This document shows positions 11,730 to 23,395 of a stretch of 64,000 nucleotides of DNA, one piece after another. The position numbers and the translations under genes are program-made. How positions within the stretch are numbered: the stretch's first letter is position 1; each line of letters begins with the position of its first letter. Source of the stretch: Vitrella brassicaformis CCMP3155 (lineage: Eukaryota; Protista; Chromerida); assembly GCA_001179505.1 (NCBI GenBank), contig CDMY01000887.1:1-64000 (forward strand). Reading direction: 5' to 3'. Under the pieces are notes generated by a model. The model was given only the letters and a program-made list of their open reading frames with translations, had not been told where the DNA came from and searched no databases.

Positions 11730-13046
11730 GTCACGTCAGTCATCAGCAGCAGAAGCAGCGACCTGGACTCGCCGGCTGTCAACGGCGAGGCGGTCCGTTG
11801 CATCTTCCGCGGCTCGCGAGGTCGACTGCTCAAGGTCAAGGACGTCGGCAGCCTCAGGATGGCGGCCCGCCACCACAGCCTCGTCGACTTCCCTGCCAAT
11901 GCACTCCGCACACGCCTCACCCAATCGCTGCATCGCAAACTGCTCGCCGACGGCTCACGGCTCGACACCGTGCTGGTCTTCGACGCCCAGACGGTGTCTG
12001 AGTCACGTGTGCTGCTGCCGGCCGTGTGGCTGGTGGAGGAGCAGACGTGGGACGAGATCGCCGACATACTGCGGCTGGCGGCGCACTGCGGCCGGTGCAC
12101 CCTGCCGGTGCGGCTGACTGCTGACGATATCAACAGACACGCCAACAAGACGGTGAGACGCACACACAGGGGCGGGAGGGCACAGAGAGGGCCTCATTCT
12201 TCTTTCTCTCTCTGTGTGAGTGGTCGTGTAGGAGTATGCGTCGCTTCCCCGTGTGTTGGCCCAGCTCATGGTGGTGGGGCTTCATGTGGACTTCGGTGAC
12301 GGCAGCCGGCTGGAGCTGTTCCGCCACGGCCATGAGGTGCGGGCCATCAATGACGAGCCCGGCTTCCGGCTGACCCGCAACCCGCACCTTCCGCCCGGCC
12401 ACCTGTATGAGCAGCACCGACTACAGGACGACCCGCCAGTGGACAGCGCCATCTTCTACTCGGGCTCAGCATGGACTGGGCCGTTCGTCAACAACACCTA
12501 CGCGTCCTCGTCGTCGTTTGCCAAGAGCTTGACCATCGACCATTTCTACCTGACTCACCAGATCAATCACACATCGATATCCCTCAACAGGTAACCCACC
12601 GATGGTACCAGTGGGCGAGAGGGGTGCGTGTTTGATTGTGTGTGCGTGTGATGTGGTTGGTTCAGGGGTGTCTGTGGCGGTCGTCTGGATGACCTCCTCA
12701 TCCAGTCGCCCCACACACCGGTGGCCGGATGTAGCACCACATTCAGCAAGACGGACGGTCATGTGCGAGAGCTGTTGCTCACCAACAGCAGCCACAACTT
12801 CGTCGCATGGATCTACATCCAGGACTTTCCGCGCAACAGAGGTCAGGCCGACAGACAGGCAGCTCTGCTGGTCACGTGCCACTAATGTGTTCTCTCCCTT
12901 GTGTGGCTGCAGTGGATGTGATTGTGAGGACGACCGAGGCGGCTGTGTGTGAGGGTGGTGCCTTCAAGGACCGCTTCCCAGTGACCACTCAGCTGGCGCG
13001 TGCGGTGCTTCGGGCCGTCATCTCGGCCATGCTCTTCGACCAATAG
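11730..13046 (+). CDS. Lineage-expanded F-box-like hypothetical protein (family B), 5' end uncertain
   Basis: Exons VLLPAVWLVEEQTWDEIADILRLAAHCGRCTLPVRLTADDI, HVDFGDGSRLELFRHGHEVRAI...DPPV and GAFKDRFPVTTQLARAVL align by eye with the gene at 51831-53484. Confidence 0.65.
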
Positions 13047-14808
13047 ACAGCTCAGGTATGCACCAAACACGACTGACACGGGCAGCAAATGCGCACACAC
13101 ACGACCCCAATGGTGTCTGTCTTTCTATGTGTGTGTCAGGTTGGGCCGTGGTGGTGACAGGGGGAGGGACACTGGCGGCCGCATAGATGGCTTCAATGAT
13201 GTGTGTGCGCGTGGGGTTTTCCGACTGGTTAGTCTCTGTCTGCCAATGCGCTTTTCGATATGCGTGTGTGCATTCATCAGTGGCTGGCTGCCCTGTCTGT
13301 CTGTCTGTCTGTTTTGCCTCTCTCTCGCCATCTGCCTGACTGACTGACTTGCCCATCAGTCTCCTCTCTGTATGCCGCCATGCCAGCGCATCGGGGTACT
13401 GACATCAAGTAGCCAGCGCGACAGGAATACTCTGACGCGCTTCTCTCTGCGTCCGTCTTGTATGTATCTATGAATGGATGTCGTGATGGGTGTGTTCATT
13501 ATCCACTGGTGTGTGCGTCTATCGTTTGGCGTTTGGCGGGCGAATAGGACTGGGGACACCAAAAGAAAGACGTAGCTTTATCATCATATAGATGAGGGAA
13601 TGCACGAGTGGTCGACAATGTAGCTCACGCACTCAAGTGCAGCGCTGCACTCTGCCACACCGACACACACACACACCCAACGAAAGAAGCACGAGAATGC
13701 ACAGACGCACGCACGCACACAGATCCCGAAACAGCGAAGGGCGTTCGGTTCAATTGGCGTATACAAATCGCCAATCGTCGCAATTTCCCGCCCGCCATGT
13801 ACGTATGTCTGGCCGGCGCGAACATTGTGCTGACGCAGCACATACATACATGGCACACGCACCAAAAGGGATGAAAATTAAGTGCCCTGGTCGACTCCAC
13901 CCCCGCCAGCCAGCTGCCCAAAGAAAAATGAGAGAAACAGCCAACCCTCTCAACAACAGGAAAACCCGAAGAACCAAGGAGAGACATTCACGTGGTGAGC
14001 CGGAGACACCCACATACATGGTGATGCATACGCTCGTGCATTCACCGTGCAGCGTGAAATCCTCCAGCCAGCCGTAGGCCCGCAAGAAAGAGCGGAAGGA
14101 AGCACGTTGCCCCTGCAGTGTGGGCATACGAACATACCATACATACATCAGGGGAGACTTTGACGTACTCGTCGAAAATGCATTCGTGTGTCCGTCCGAG
14201 TGTTGTGTTGGTGCGTGCACCCGCACATGAATCATGCAACACCCAGACAGACAGACAGACAGACAGGCCAGTGGACCGATTCACGGAGGGAAGGACACAA
14301 AGCCAGCAGTGCGTGCAGCATAGACAGACAGAGGGAGAGAGAGAGAGAGAGAGAGAGAGATGGTCGAAAATTGACCACCTTGACGCTACACAGCTTTCCC
14401 CGTGCCATCTATGTATGCAGCGCCTCCCCGCCCGCCCAAAGTTACTCGGAACAGACAAACCCACATACACAAATCCACCGACGGGCGAGGCGAGACGAGA
14501 CGAGAAATAAGCTCTGCAGTGACAAGATGACAGGGATCGCACACAGACAGACAGACAGACAGGCGAGACGAGAAATCACAGGGCAGAAAGGCAGGCGCTT
14601 GAGCACGCACTCAGCCAGCCAGTCAGTCAGTCAGTCCCGCAAAAAACACCGTACGTTCACTCACTCACTGACCCATTCACTCATTCATTCAGTCGCATGC
14701 ACACACACACGTATGTTGGTGCCAGCCCAGCCAAGCTCACTAGAAAAGGCGCTGCCTTCCTTGTTCGTTCACCCCACACCCCACATGTACCGCACCACAT
14801 TCAGTCAG

Positions 14809-17527
14809 TCAGGCGGCGGTGCATGCGGGTGAGGCCAGGACAGCCGACTTGATGAACCCTTTCCCCTCGCTGCCCAGCGGCTCCACTTGGTAATATACGC
14901 AGCCGCTGGGATGGAAGGGGCTCTTCGGCCACAGGTCGATGGAGTGCTCGAAGCGCCTCCTCGGGTGCCCAGCCACGACCTCCAAAGTCCGCGGATCAGA
15001 CCCAGCGTACACGCGCCACTGAGCCACCTCGGTGGCACCGTTCCAGCTACATATACGCACGCAGAAACCAAAGCAGGTCACTCACTCCAACAGAAGGGGT
15101 CTTGCCGTGACGTGATGTGACGTTTTCGCCTCTCTGTGTCTCTTGTCGCCTTGCCTGTAATGCAGCCGAGGCGGCCGATCGTCGCTCCACTGCCCCTGGT
15201 TCGTGTCAAGCACTAGGAGCGGCGGCCAGCGAGGCTCACCACGCCACTTGTGCTTGCGGGTCCGATACGAATTGCCGTCGTTTTCGAGCTGCATCTCGAG
15301 CACAATCTCTCCCTGACGAGTCACCTCCGTATAAAAGGGGAGAGGGCCTGTCAGGTTGAGCCCTCCCCAGCCTGCACGCAATGGAATGGCGCAAAGACGT
15401 GTGGGGGGCCTGCCTTGTTTGTGTCTTCATCTGCTCACCGATGGCCATGTTGCCGTTGCCGAGCCTCTGTGTGGAGCCCATGAGCATGCTGTATCGCCCG
15501 TCGCTGTAGTTGAAGACAAGATGGGCCGTGCGGGTGTCCTCGTCAATGGCGAACTCCAGGGCACGCGACACCTCGGGGTCGTTCTCCATCCCGTTAGCAA
15601 ACAGCGTCAGAGTGTTGGCATCGGAGAAGCGGACGTCGTGCCTGCAATCAACCAGCAAGGAACGAAACGATAAATATGAGTGCCAGCTGGCAAGCCGTGT
15701 GTGTGTTCCGCGTACTGGTGCGAAATGGGAGGGTGCAGAGGCGGATCGAAGGCGAAATCATTGAAGTCCGGGTGACGTCCGAACATGCGCCACATCACCT
15801 CACCCGTTTCTGCATGCATTATGTATGTATCTATGGGCGTCATTGGAGGCGGCCATCCTCTCGCTCACTCCCTCACGTACCTCGTGACACTTTGATGGCA
15901 CCAGAGACCCGCGGCAGAGATAGCAGGAGATGTCCGTCGGGCGTCCCTGAACGAAGACGAAGGAAGACATCCAGCAAGCAACAAGGTGTGCTTGGCAATC
16001 CGTCTCGTCTCTGTCGTTGTCGCGTGTCTGTCCATCGGGCCCACGTACATGACAGCGCATTCATGTGCCTGCACGCACGAAAGAGAAGCTCACATCAACA
16101 CAGGGGAGACGTGCTTGTCATGATATCAACACACACATTACATCAGGTCCCAGTCTCCATGGTGTTTTGCCTTGTCCTTGGCGGTCCATCGCATTAGCTC
16201 GTCGGTGGAGAAGTGGTCAATGGACCGCCATTCGAAGACCATGTTGTCTTTAGCCAGCCAAGCAGACAGACAGACAAAGGAAAGCACACACACAAGCCAC
16301 ACGCACGCACACACACACGCTGCATCACTCACCCGCCTGTCACCGTGTATGTATGACTCTTGGAGCTACCTACCCGCGGCGTCGAACTCTTGGACTATGT
16401 GGAATCGGAGGAAATCGTCGACTTTGCCGTTGTGGGCCATACCGGTCGTGTTGACTCTCTCGTGGGCGGTCATGTATAGCAAGTAGCCGCCATCCGACCC
16501 GATCTCGAAGTCGTGGGAGTCTGATTTTTCAGTCTCGTAGCCGTACGGGGAATACTCCTTCACCAGCTGATAGTGCTCATCGAAGGACTGCCGCACTGAA
16601 CACACACACGTACACACACACACACACGGGCGCGTGTACATGTGCATCTGTATGTATGTGCTGTGCTGTGTGTACGTCTGGACCTCTGCCTCCATCTTGC
16701 ATCAGTGACAGGCGTCCGCTGTCGTGTATTGAGGGCCTCGCGTTGCAGTTCTCGAAGTAGGGTTTGTCGAGCTGGTTGCGGTGCTGCTTGTAGAAAACGA
16801 TGTCGCCCCGACTGTCCAGAAGCAACGTGTACGGGTGCCACTTCGCATTGACTAAACCAAAAGCCGCACACACACACGCACACACACGCACACACACACG
16901 CAAAGGACAGGCGTCCACTCCCACGTCGTGTGTGTGTGTGTGTGTGCAAGCATTTGCTTACCTTCGAGGTCAGGGTTCGTGAACATGATGTTTGTGGTCA
17001 TGAGAATGTATCCGTCGTCCACTTTGCCGGGCTTGGGTGGAACGTTCACGCGGACGTGCGGAAGGGTCGGCGGAATGGTCCGATATCCGCGATATCTGAA
17101 GGCAACAAGGCCATGCCAACCAAACCAATGCATCCGTATCGCATCGCATCGCATCGCATCGCATCGCGCCAGCAGCATCAGCAGCATCACGACGTCCTGC
17201 CTGCATCCTGCCTACCGCCGTCGTGGGTCGAGCGACACCCCGTGCCCATAAAGCTCTATGGCCTTGCCGTCCTCGTACAGTGGACCATAGGCATGGACGT
17301 TATCGCCACCACTCATCGGGCGCACTAAGCCGTCATCATAGGAGTGAATAGGTTGCTCCCACGGGGTCCCCGCGAGAGTGAAACCGTCCCTTGAGTAGAG
17401 TGGCTCAAATAGCAGTTCTTCCTGCTGTATGGACGAGACGCCGAAGGACCACTCCGCCCCCGGTAGGCTCCTTCCGTTGGTGGTGGTGATGCCGCGGAGT
17501 ACCTTTACTTCCACGCGGGCGCCCGCT

Positions 17528-17561
<34 letters not shown>

Positions 17562-17952
17562 GGAGGAGACGTTGTGAAGACGGAGTCCTTCCCCACGCAC
17601 CCGGGAGCGTCCCATAGGGCTCGAATATCACCGTTTTTCCGTCCATCGCCAGCACAATTTTGCCGTCATACAAATCGCCGCTTTCGGCGTTCCTCACTGT
17701 GATTTTGCCGGCGACCGAGTCCGCGTGCACCCTCGGCCCCCTCAAGATGATGCTGGTGTGGCGCGAGACCAGGTGAGCCTTTGGTCTGGGGTGGAGGTAG
17801 GTGAAGGAGGCGGGCTGATCACCGGGCTGCCCCTGCAAGCTCCGCAGGTTGCTTTGCCTTTGCACCACCGTGACATTGGCGGAACATGCTGAGCGCCACA
17901 CGAAGAGCAGGACAGGCAAGGTCGCTGGCCATGGGGCTGCAGGCCCGACCAT
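14809..17952 (-). CDS. Secreted arylsulfotransferase (ASST)-like protein with N-terminal Ig-like domain, multi-exon
   Basis: Signal-like MVGPAAPWPATLPVLLFVWRSACSA. Ig-like LHPRPKAHLVSRHTSIILR...DGKTVIFEP...EWSFGV. ASST motifs DSHDF, DWDLMHMNAL, TGEVMWR, HQHDVRF, SRALEFAID, GSTQRLGNGN and SWNGATEV. Confidence 0.85.
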
Positions 17953-18482
17953 CGGATCCACACACAGCTGGCGGTCGACGAATGAAGGGAGAGGAAACAG
18001 AACAGCAAGAGAGGAAGGCGTTCCCGCCGTACGCCGTGGCCGGATTTGGCCGTTGATGTTGGCCGGGGCCCCGCCCGGGTCGACACACATGTGCGCCACC
18101 TGTCCTAGCCACCGAATGGCGCTCTCCATCGCCGTTACGACCATCCTTTCTTCACACCAAAGCTTGCAGCTAAGCTCGCAGATCCCGAGAGCGGACCGAG
18201 AGCGACAGCGACACTGACTCAGGACCCCTGGCCTGCTTGATTCGTCAATCATCTGTCCGCCTTTGCAGTGGTACATCTGTGCGTTACTTCGCTCACTGAG
18301 TCAGCGTGAGTGTGCTGTGGAGGTCGCTGACCCTTTCTCCCCATCGATACGCCTCTTTACAGCGAGAAGAGTCAAGCAAACCTCCTCTAAGAAAGCAACA
18401 CACGAGGGTGGCGGTAGTCTGAGGAGAGCGGCGCACATCTCTTCTTTGCACTGCCCTGTCAGCCGTGTTTGAGAGTGGCGCC

Positions 18483-21400
18483 ATGGCAGCGGCGGCGTCA
18501 GTAGCAGCTTCAGCTTCATCATCTGCTGCTGCTGCGCCTCAGGCAGAGGTCAGTCGAAGCACAACAAACACACACTCATCAATGTGTCAGAGCATCACTG
18601 ATTCATACCTTTGTTCATTTGGTCATCCAAATCGTCAGGCAATGCCGTCCTCTTCGCCGTGCCGTTACAAAGAGGGCAGTCGTGTGCTGATGGTGACCAA
18701 CGGGCGGGAGAAGGGCAAGCAGAGGTGGGTCAAGGCCGACGTGTATCGCATCGAGGAGGGCAGTGGACGGACGGCGCTTCACTTGAGGGAGGTGGGCGGA
18801 CACCGGGAGGAGTTCAAAGTGCTGGTGCCGCACAACGAGACCACGGCGCTGACGGACACTAACCAAATGGCAACCGTGGTAGGCAAACACACCTCAACCA
18901 AAAGGGCCGTGGATGGCACTTTGTGATGCTTGGTGCTTTGGTGTGGGGTGTGATGTGTGTGCAGGGGTGGGACGTTAGCAAGAAGGTACAGACGGCCACA
19001 CACGACACACGACCGATGTCAGCCACTCTCATGCGGCCTCTCGTTGTCTTGTGTTTGGCTTCAGGTTCCTGCTGGTTTTGGGGACGACCTTGTGGCGTCG
19101 CTCTTCAGCTTCATGACCCCTCGGGAGCTGTCGGCCATCTTCCCACCCCCTCGCAGCACCGAAGCCGAAACGACCGTCCTCCCCAACAAGAGGCCTCGCA
19201 GACGGAAGCCGACACCCAGCATACCGAAGTGGTAAGTGAGCAGAAGGACGAAGCGGAAGGAATTGAATGCCGAGAGCGATGCACCCATCTATCCCTTCCC
19301 CTGTCGTTGTTTTCTTGTCAGCCGTCTTCCATCCGTTGGCGGCCACGGCGGCACCCACTTCCCTCCCTCCCTCATGGCATCGTCTTCCGCCCTGCCCTCG
19401 ACCACTGGCGGTCCGCTCTTTGCGGGCACCGCCTTCGGCCCCCTCAACAAGGGCGAGACCACAGCTGCGGCCAACGAGGACACCGCCGACGGGGTGCCGC
19501 CGGGTGCGCCAGCGGCTTCGTCTCTGTTTGGCGGCTTATCTCTCTTTGGCCTAGCGACGGGAGGAGGGGGCCTGTGGAGTGCTGCCGCAGCTGCGTCATC
19601 AGGCGGCGGCACCTCGTCGCTGTCCACATTTGGCGCAGCCACACCCACACCCAGGCCAAGCACCGACGTCTTCAACGGCCTAAGTGACGCCCCTTCGCCC
19701 GCCGCGACCACCACCACCACCACCACAGCCCCAGTGGACCGCTTCAGTGGCAGCATCTTCGCGCCTGCCAAAGCGCCATCCACAGCACAGTCGACAGCCA
19801 CACCCTTCAGCAAGCCATTCGAGTTCGGCAAGGCATCCACGGGGGGAGGTGGTGATCTCTTTCATGTTGGGGCGGCAGCGTCGGGAGGTGGCTCTCTCTT
19901 CGGCGAAGTCGGGTCGACGGGCAGCTGCACTGGCAGAGGGAGCCTGTCTGGCCAGGGCGGGGCTGCCACGGGGACGGGCGGCATATTCGGCGGCAGCATC
20001 TCTGGCGGGACTGGTGAGTGACGAGGGGGCACCACATGGCTGGCTGGATGGAAGGATGGATGGATGGATCACCCGCATGCTCCCTGTGGCTGCATGTGTG
20101 TCCATCGATCAGGTGTGGCGGCGTCGTCTTCATTCAGTGGACCGTCATTGTCAGCTCGGGGCAGCATGCTTGGCGGCCCGGCCTTCGGGCAGCAATCATC
20201 CTTCGGTGCCGCACAGAGCGGCCTCTCCCCCATCCACACGGCAGCCCTTCATCAGCAGACACACGTCGCCATCGACTCTTCCACCGAGGACGACCGCCAG
20301 TTCTGGGACAGCATGACCACTGAGGAGGCCTTCCAGCTCGGCAAGCGGCTCGTCAATCTCACGGCCCTCACCCTCGTGCAGCCACACAGCGACCGGTGGT
20401 GGTGTCTGGGCAGCATGATAAGCGTCGTCGAGGGCCATGCGGCCGGGCGTCGCGAGGCGCGCGACAAAGAGGGGCAGCACCATATGGCGGAGGGATCGCT
20501 GGAGACCATCGACTTCACCACCACCAGCACCAGCCCCAGCACCACCAGCAGCCCCAGCCCCAGCATCACCGGCAATGTGAACCAGCACCGTCCCCCGATC
20601 CCCCCTTCATTTGCCCCACCACCGACCCTCCATGCCCGCAAGGCCGTCACAGGAGCCGTCCAACAGCACAGTGTGCTGGTCAACACTCGCTGGAAGATGC
20701 CGGCACTCGAGAGTGTGGATCAGGACGGGTGGGATGCCATCACGTTGGGCCGATCCATCAGCTCGTCTCAGTCGCTGAAACGAGTGGAGGGGTGTCGGCG
20801 GTCATGGGGGCGGTGGGCTGATTTGTTTGAGCACTTCTCCGAGACACCTGACGGCCAGCCAGGGCCGCTCAGGCAGCTGCAGACCGTCGGAGGTATCGCA
20901 TTGTCCTGCAGGCCGACGAGTCGGAGTCAAATAGAGGCGTACCTGGAGGGAGTGAGGCGACTGCAGGTAGGCAACCATCACTCAGGGGAGGCCTCACCTG
21001 CGTGCACACACACACGAATGGTGTCCTTCTCTGTTTGTGTCTTTCTAGGATGTGCTCACGTCGCGTGGCTGCCGCAAGTCGCTCACAAGCCTCGACGTAG
21101 AGATCCCATCATTCGCGGGCCAACACAGCCTCTCTGCCCTGCTGGCTGTCGATGACTTCATCAACACCTGCTGCACCTCGCCGGACGTGCCGCTTAGCGT
21201 GACGACTGGGGGAAACATCTTCAACTTGGCCGTCTTCTACGCCGACGCATTCCCTCCTCGCCCCTCGCCCTTCATCAAGACGGCCATTCAGGAGGCGGCA
21301 CAGCAGACGATGTGCGTGGCCTACACCATCAGCCAGGACGACCTCACCCACCCCCTTGACGACCCCAGCCAGGCCGCCGTCGAGATCGCAAAGACACTGT

Positions 21401-22130
21401 TATTCGACAAGGTGAAGTGGGTGTCGGTCGACAATGCCAATGGCTTCGTCCCCCCTCCCGGCACCACCTCCCCAGCCCCCGCCATCATCAGCCACCTCCA
21501 GCAGCTCCCAACGGGGAGAATACTACACATCAGCAGCGGTCTGGGAGGCGGTGCGGGGCGACTGATGGCAGAGAAGATGCCCAGGGAGGTGGAGAGACGT
21601 GTGGAGAGGGTGCAGCTTGGCTCAGATGTGGGCACAGAGGAGAGGAGCGGCGTGCTGAGAGCGCTGGGGGCGGAGAGGGAGGTGCTCACTGTCGAAGTTG
21701 GTAGACAGGCGATCAGCGTCACTCAGGGCGGCGCCTTTGACGGCTGGGGGTCCAATCGCTTCCCAGCGATTCGCAACATATACATGGAGTTAGCAGGTAT
21801 GCCGGGAGGGCAGTGATTTGCAGGAAAGTGTTCGTCGGTTCATCGTGTGTGTGTGTCTCATCCGCCTTGTCTGTGTGTCTTTCAGTTCCCGATGACCTGG
21901 AAGATGATGTTGCTGTCGAGCTCATTAGCAGCGGCCTGACGTCTCTGCTCGACGGGGGCGTGCGCGGCCTCGAGTGTGTGAAAGTGTGGCTGTCGGGACT
22001 GTCTGGCGACCGTGTCGAAACCATTCGTCAGCTGCTCCCAAGCGGTGTGGCGATCGGCGACTTCTACGTCACCACACAGGATGGATGGTCGGCCTCGCAC
22101 ATTAAAATAAGGGCAACTCGTCGCCCTTAG
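18483..22130 (+). CDS. F-box/LRR-like family A protein carrying an FG-repeat insertion
   Basis: Paralog of 49035-51552 in all exons except ~19137-20240, which encodes a Gly/Ser/Ala-rich segment with 9 FG dipeptides. All junctions I checked are in frame. Ends IRATRRP*. Confidence 0.8.
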
Positions 22131-22619
22131 ATGGAGGGTGAGCCGGACAGGCAGAGCGATCGACGTCTGGCCTTGTCAGGACCCGTGTGTGTGTTGTGTG
22201 GTCAGACTGTCTGTGTGTCACACGAGCCACACAAGGAAGGCCATTGGTGCGGGTACCTCTACAGGCACATGGATGGATGGATGAATGCGTGTATGTGTGT
22301 GTGTGTGTGTGGACTCAGTGTTTATGCTGCGTGTCCATCAATTAATACTCTCTCACTGGCATCCCTCCCCACAGATGAATACACACTGTATTTGAACGTG
22401 GCGCGCACAAGTTCACGTCTGCCCCCACTGCAACTAATGCACGAGTGTGTGCATGCACGAAGCCACCCGCCACAGGCATGCCGGGTCATGCAAGACAGCG
22501 AAAAACGAGTGCAAAACACTCGGCCGTGCGATGTGTCAATGCACTTCACACACACAAGTTTCTGCCTGTCTGCCTCCCCCAGCAGCAGTCACGTGGAGCG
22601 CGCCTTCATCATCGTGGAG

Positions 22620-22985
22620 CGGAGTGCTGAACACACAGAGAGGGGGAAAAGGACATGAAGAGGGCCGAATTTTCATAGCGCGCGTGTCTCTGCTTCTTTC
22701 CCACGCTCCCGCGTTTCTGACCTGCAGTGCGTAGATCTCCATATCGGCAGCAAAGAAGTTGAAGCTGGAGGCCAGGCTGCCGTGGCCCTCGTCGTCGATG
22801 GTCCCGATGTACTTCTTGGCTGCCGGCAGCTCCTCCTTCACCCACTGCTGGCAGCTGCGAAGGTCACCTGCCGGGCGGCGACAGCCGATTCCCAGCCACA
22901 GGCGGCCGGGTGCGGGTCACCAACGCACACCTTGCTGACCGTCTCGTGTTTTCAATTCTTGCCCGCCCCCTGTGCCAGCTGGTCT
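22620..22985 (-). pseudogene. Orphan 3' fragment of a BTB-TLDc family gene
   Basis: GRLWLGIGCRRPAGDLRSCQQWVKEELPAAKKYIGTIDDEG...EIYALQ matches the last TLDc exon at 28634-28830, including downstream flank. The upstream part is frameshifted (KVCVG + insert) and lost. Confidence 0.8.
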
Positions 22986-23395
22986 GACGGCTGCACTCCT
23001 GGAGAGGCCCCTTTTGCAGCAGCGGGGTTCTTCGTCCGAGGATGAGTAGAATGAAGTTTTCTCGCTTTCCCCCGCATCCCTGTCTGCTGGCCGTCTCAGA
23101 TCTTCGCAGAAGCGTCCGTTTTTCTCTGCCTTTCTCAACCGGGACGATCAGAAGCTCGCACTGGTGGCGAGGGAAGGAGGAAGAGGGGAACGCCAGCAGT
23201 TTCGTTGATAGGACCACTGCACGCGGCTGATCGCATCTGCTCTCGAATGTGACCATCGGACGGAGTGCGTCCTGTGTTTTTTCCTCTTGCCGGTACGCAA
23301 CAACTTGTATTGCCCATGAGGGCACGACGAACACAGACACCAACATCATTCCGTGTGTGCTTATGTGGTGCAGGATATAGAGCTGCCGGGATCTG

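Noticed and set aside
13636-13651. Perfect 16-bp palindrome AGTGCAGCGCTGCACT
   Set aside because: About one is expected by chance in 64 kb, and there is no supporting context.
13584-14240. Possible small spliced gene on the minus strand (e.g. GQRASFRSFLRAYGWLEDFTLH...)
   Set aside because: Splice-compatible in more than one frame, with no clear start and no recognisable homology. It cannot be supported without RNA-seq.
22960-23390. Possible transposon or RT fragment (ORF 22864-23475)
   Set aside because: No RT, integrase or transposase motifs. It is explained as the degraded TLDc fragment plus the promoter of the 23396 gene.
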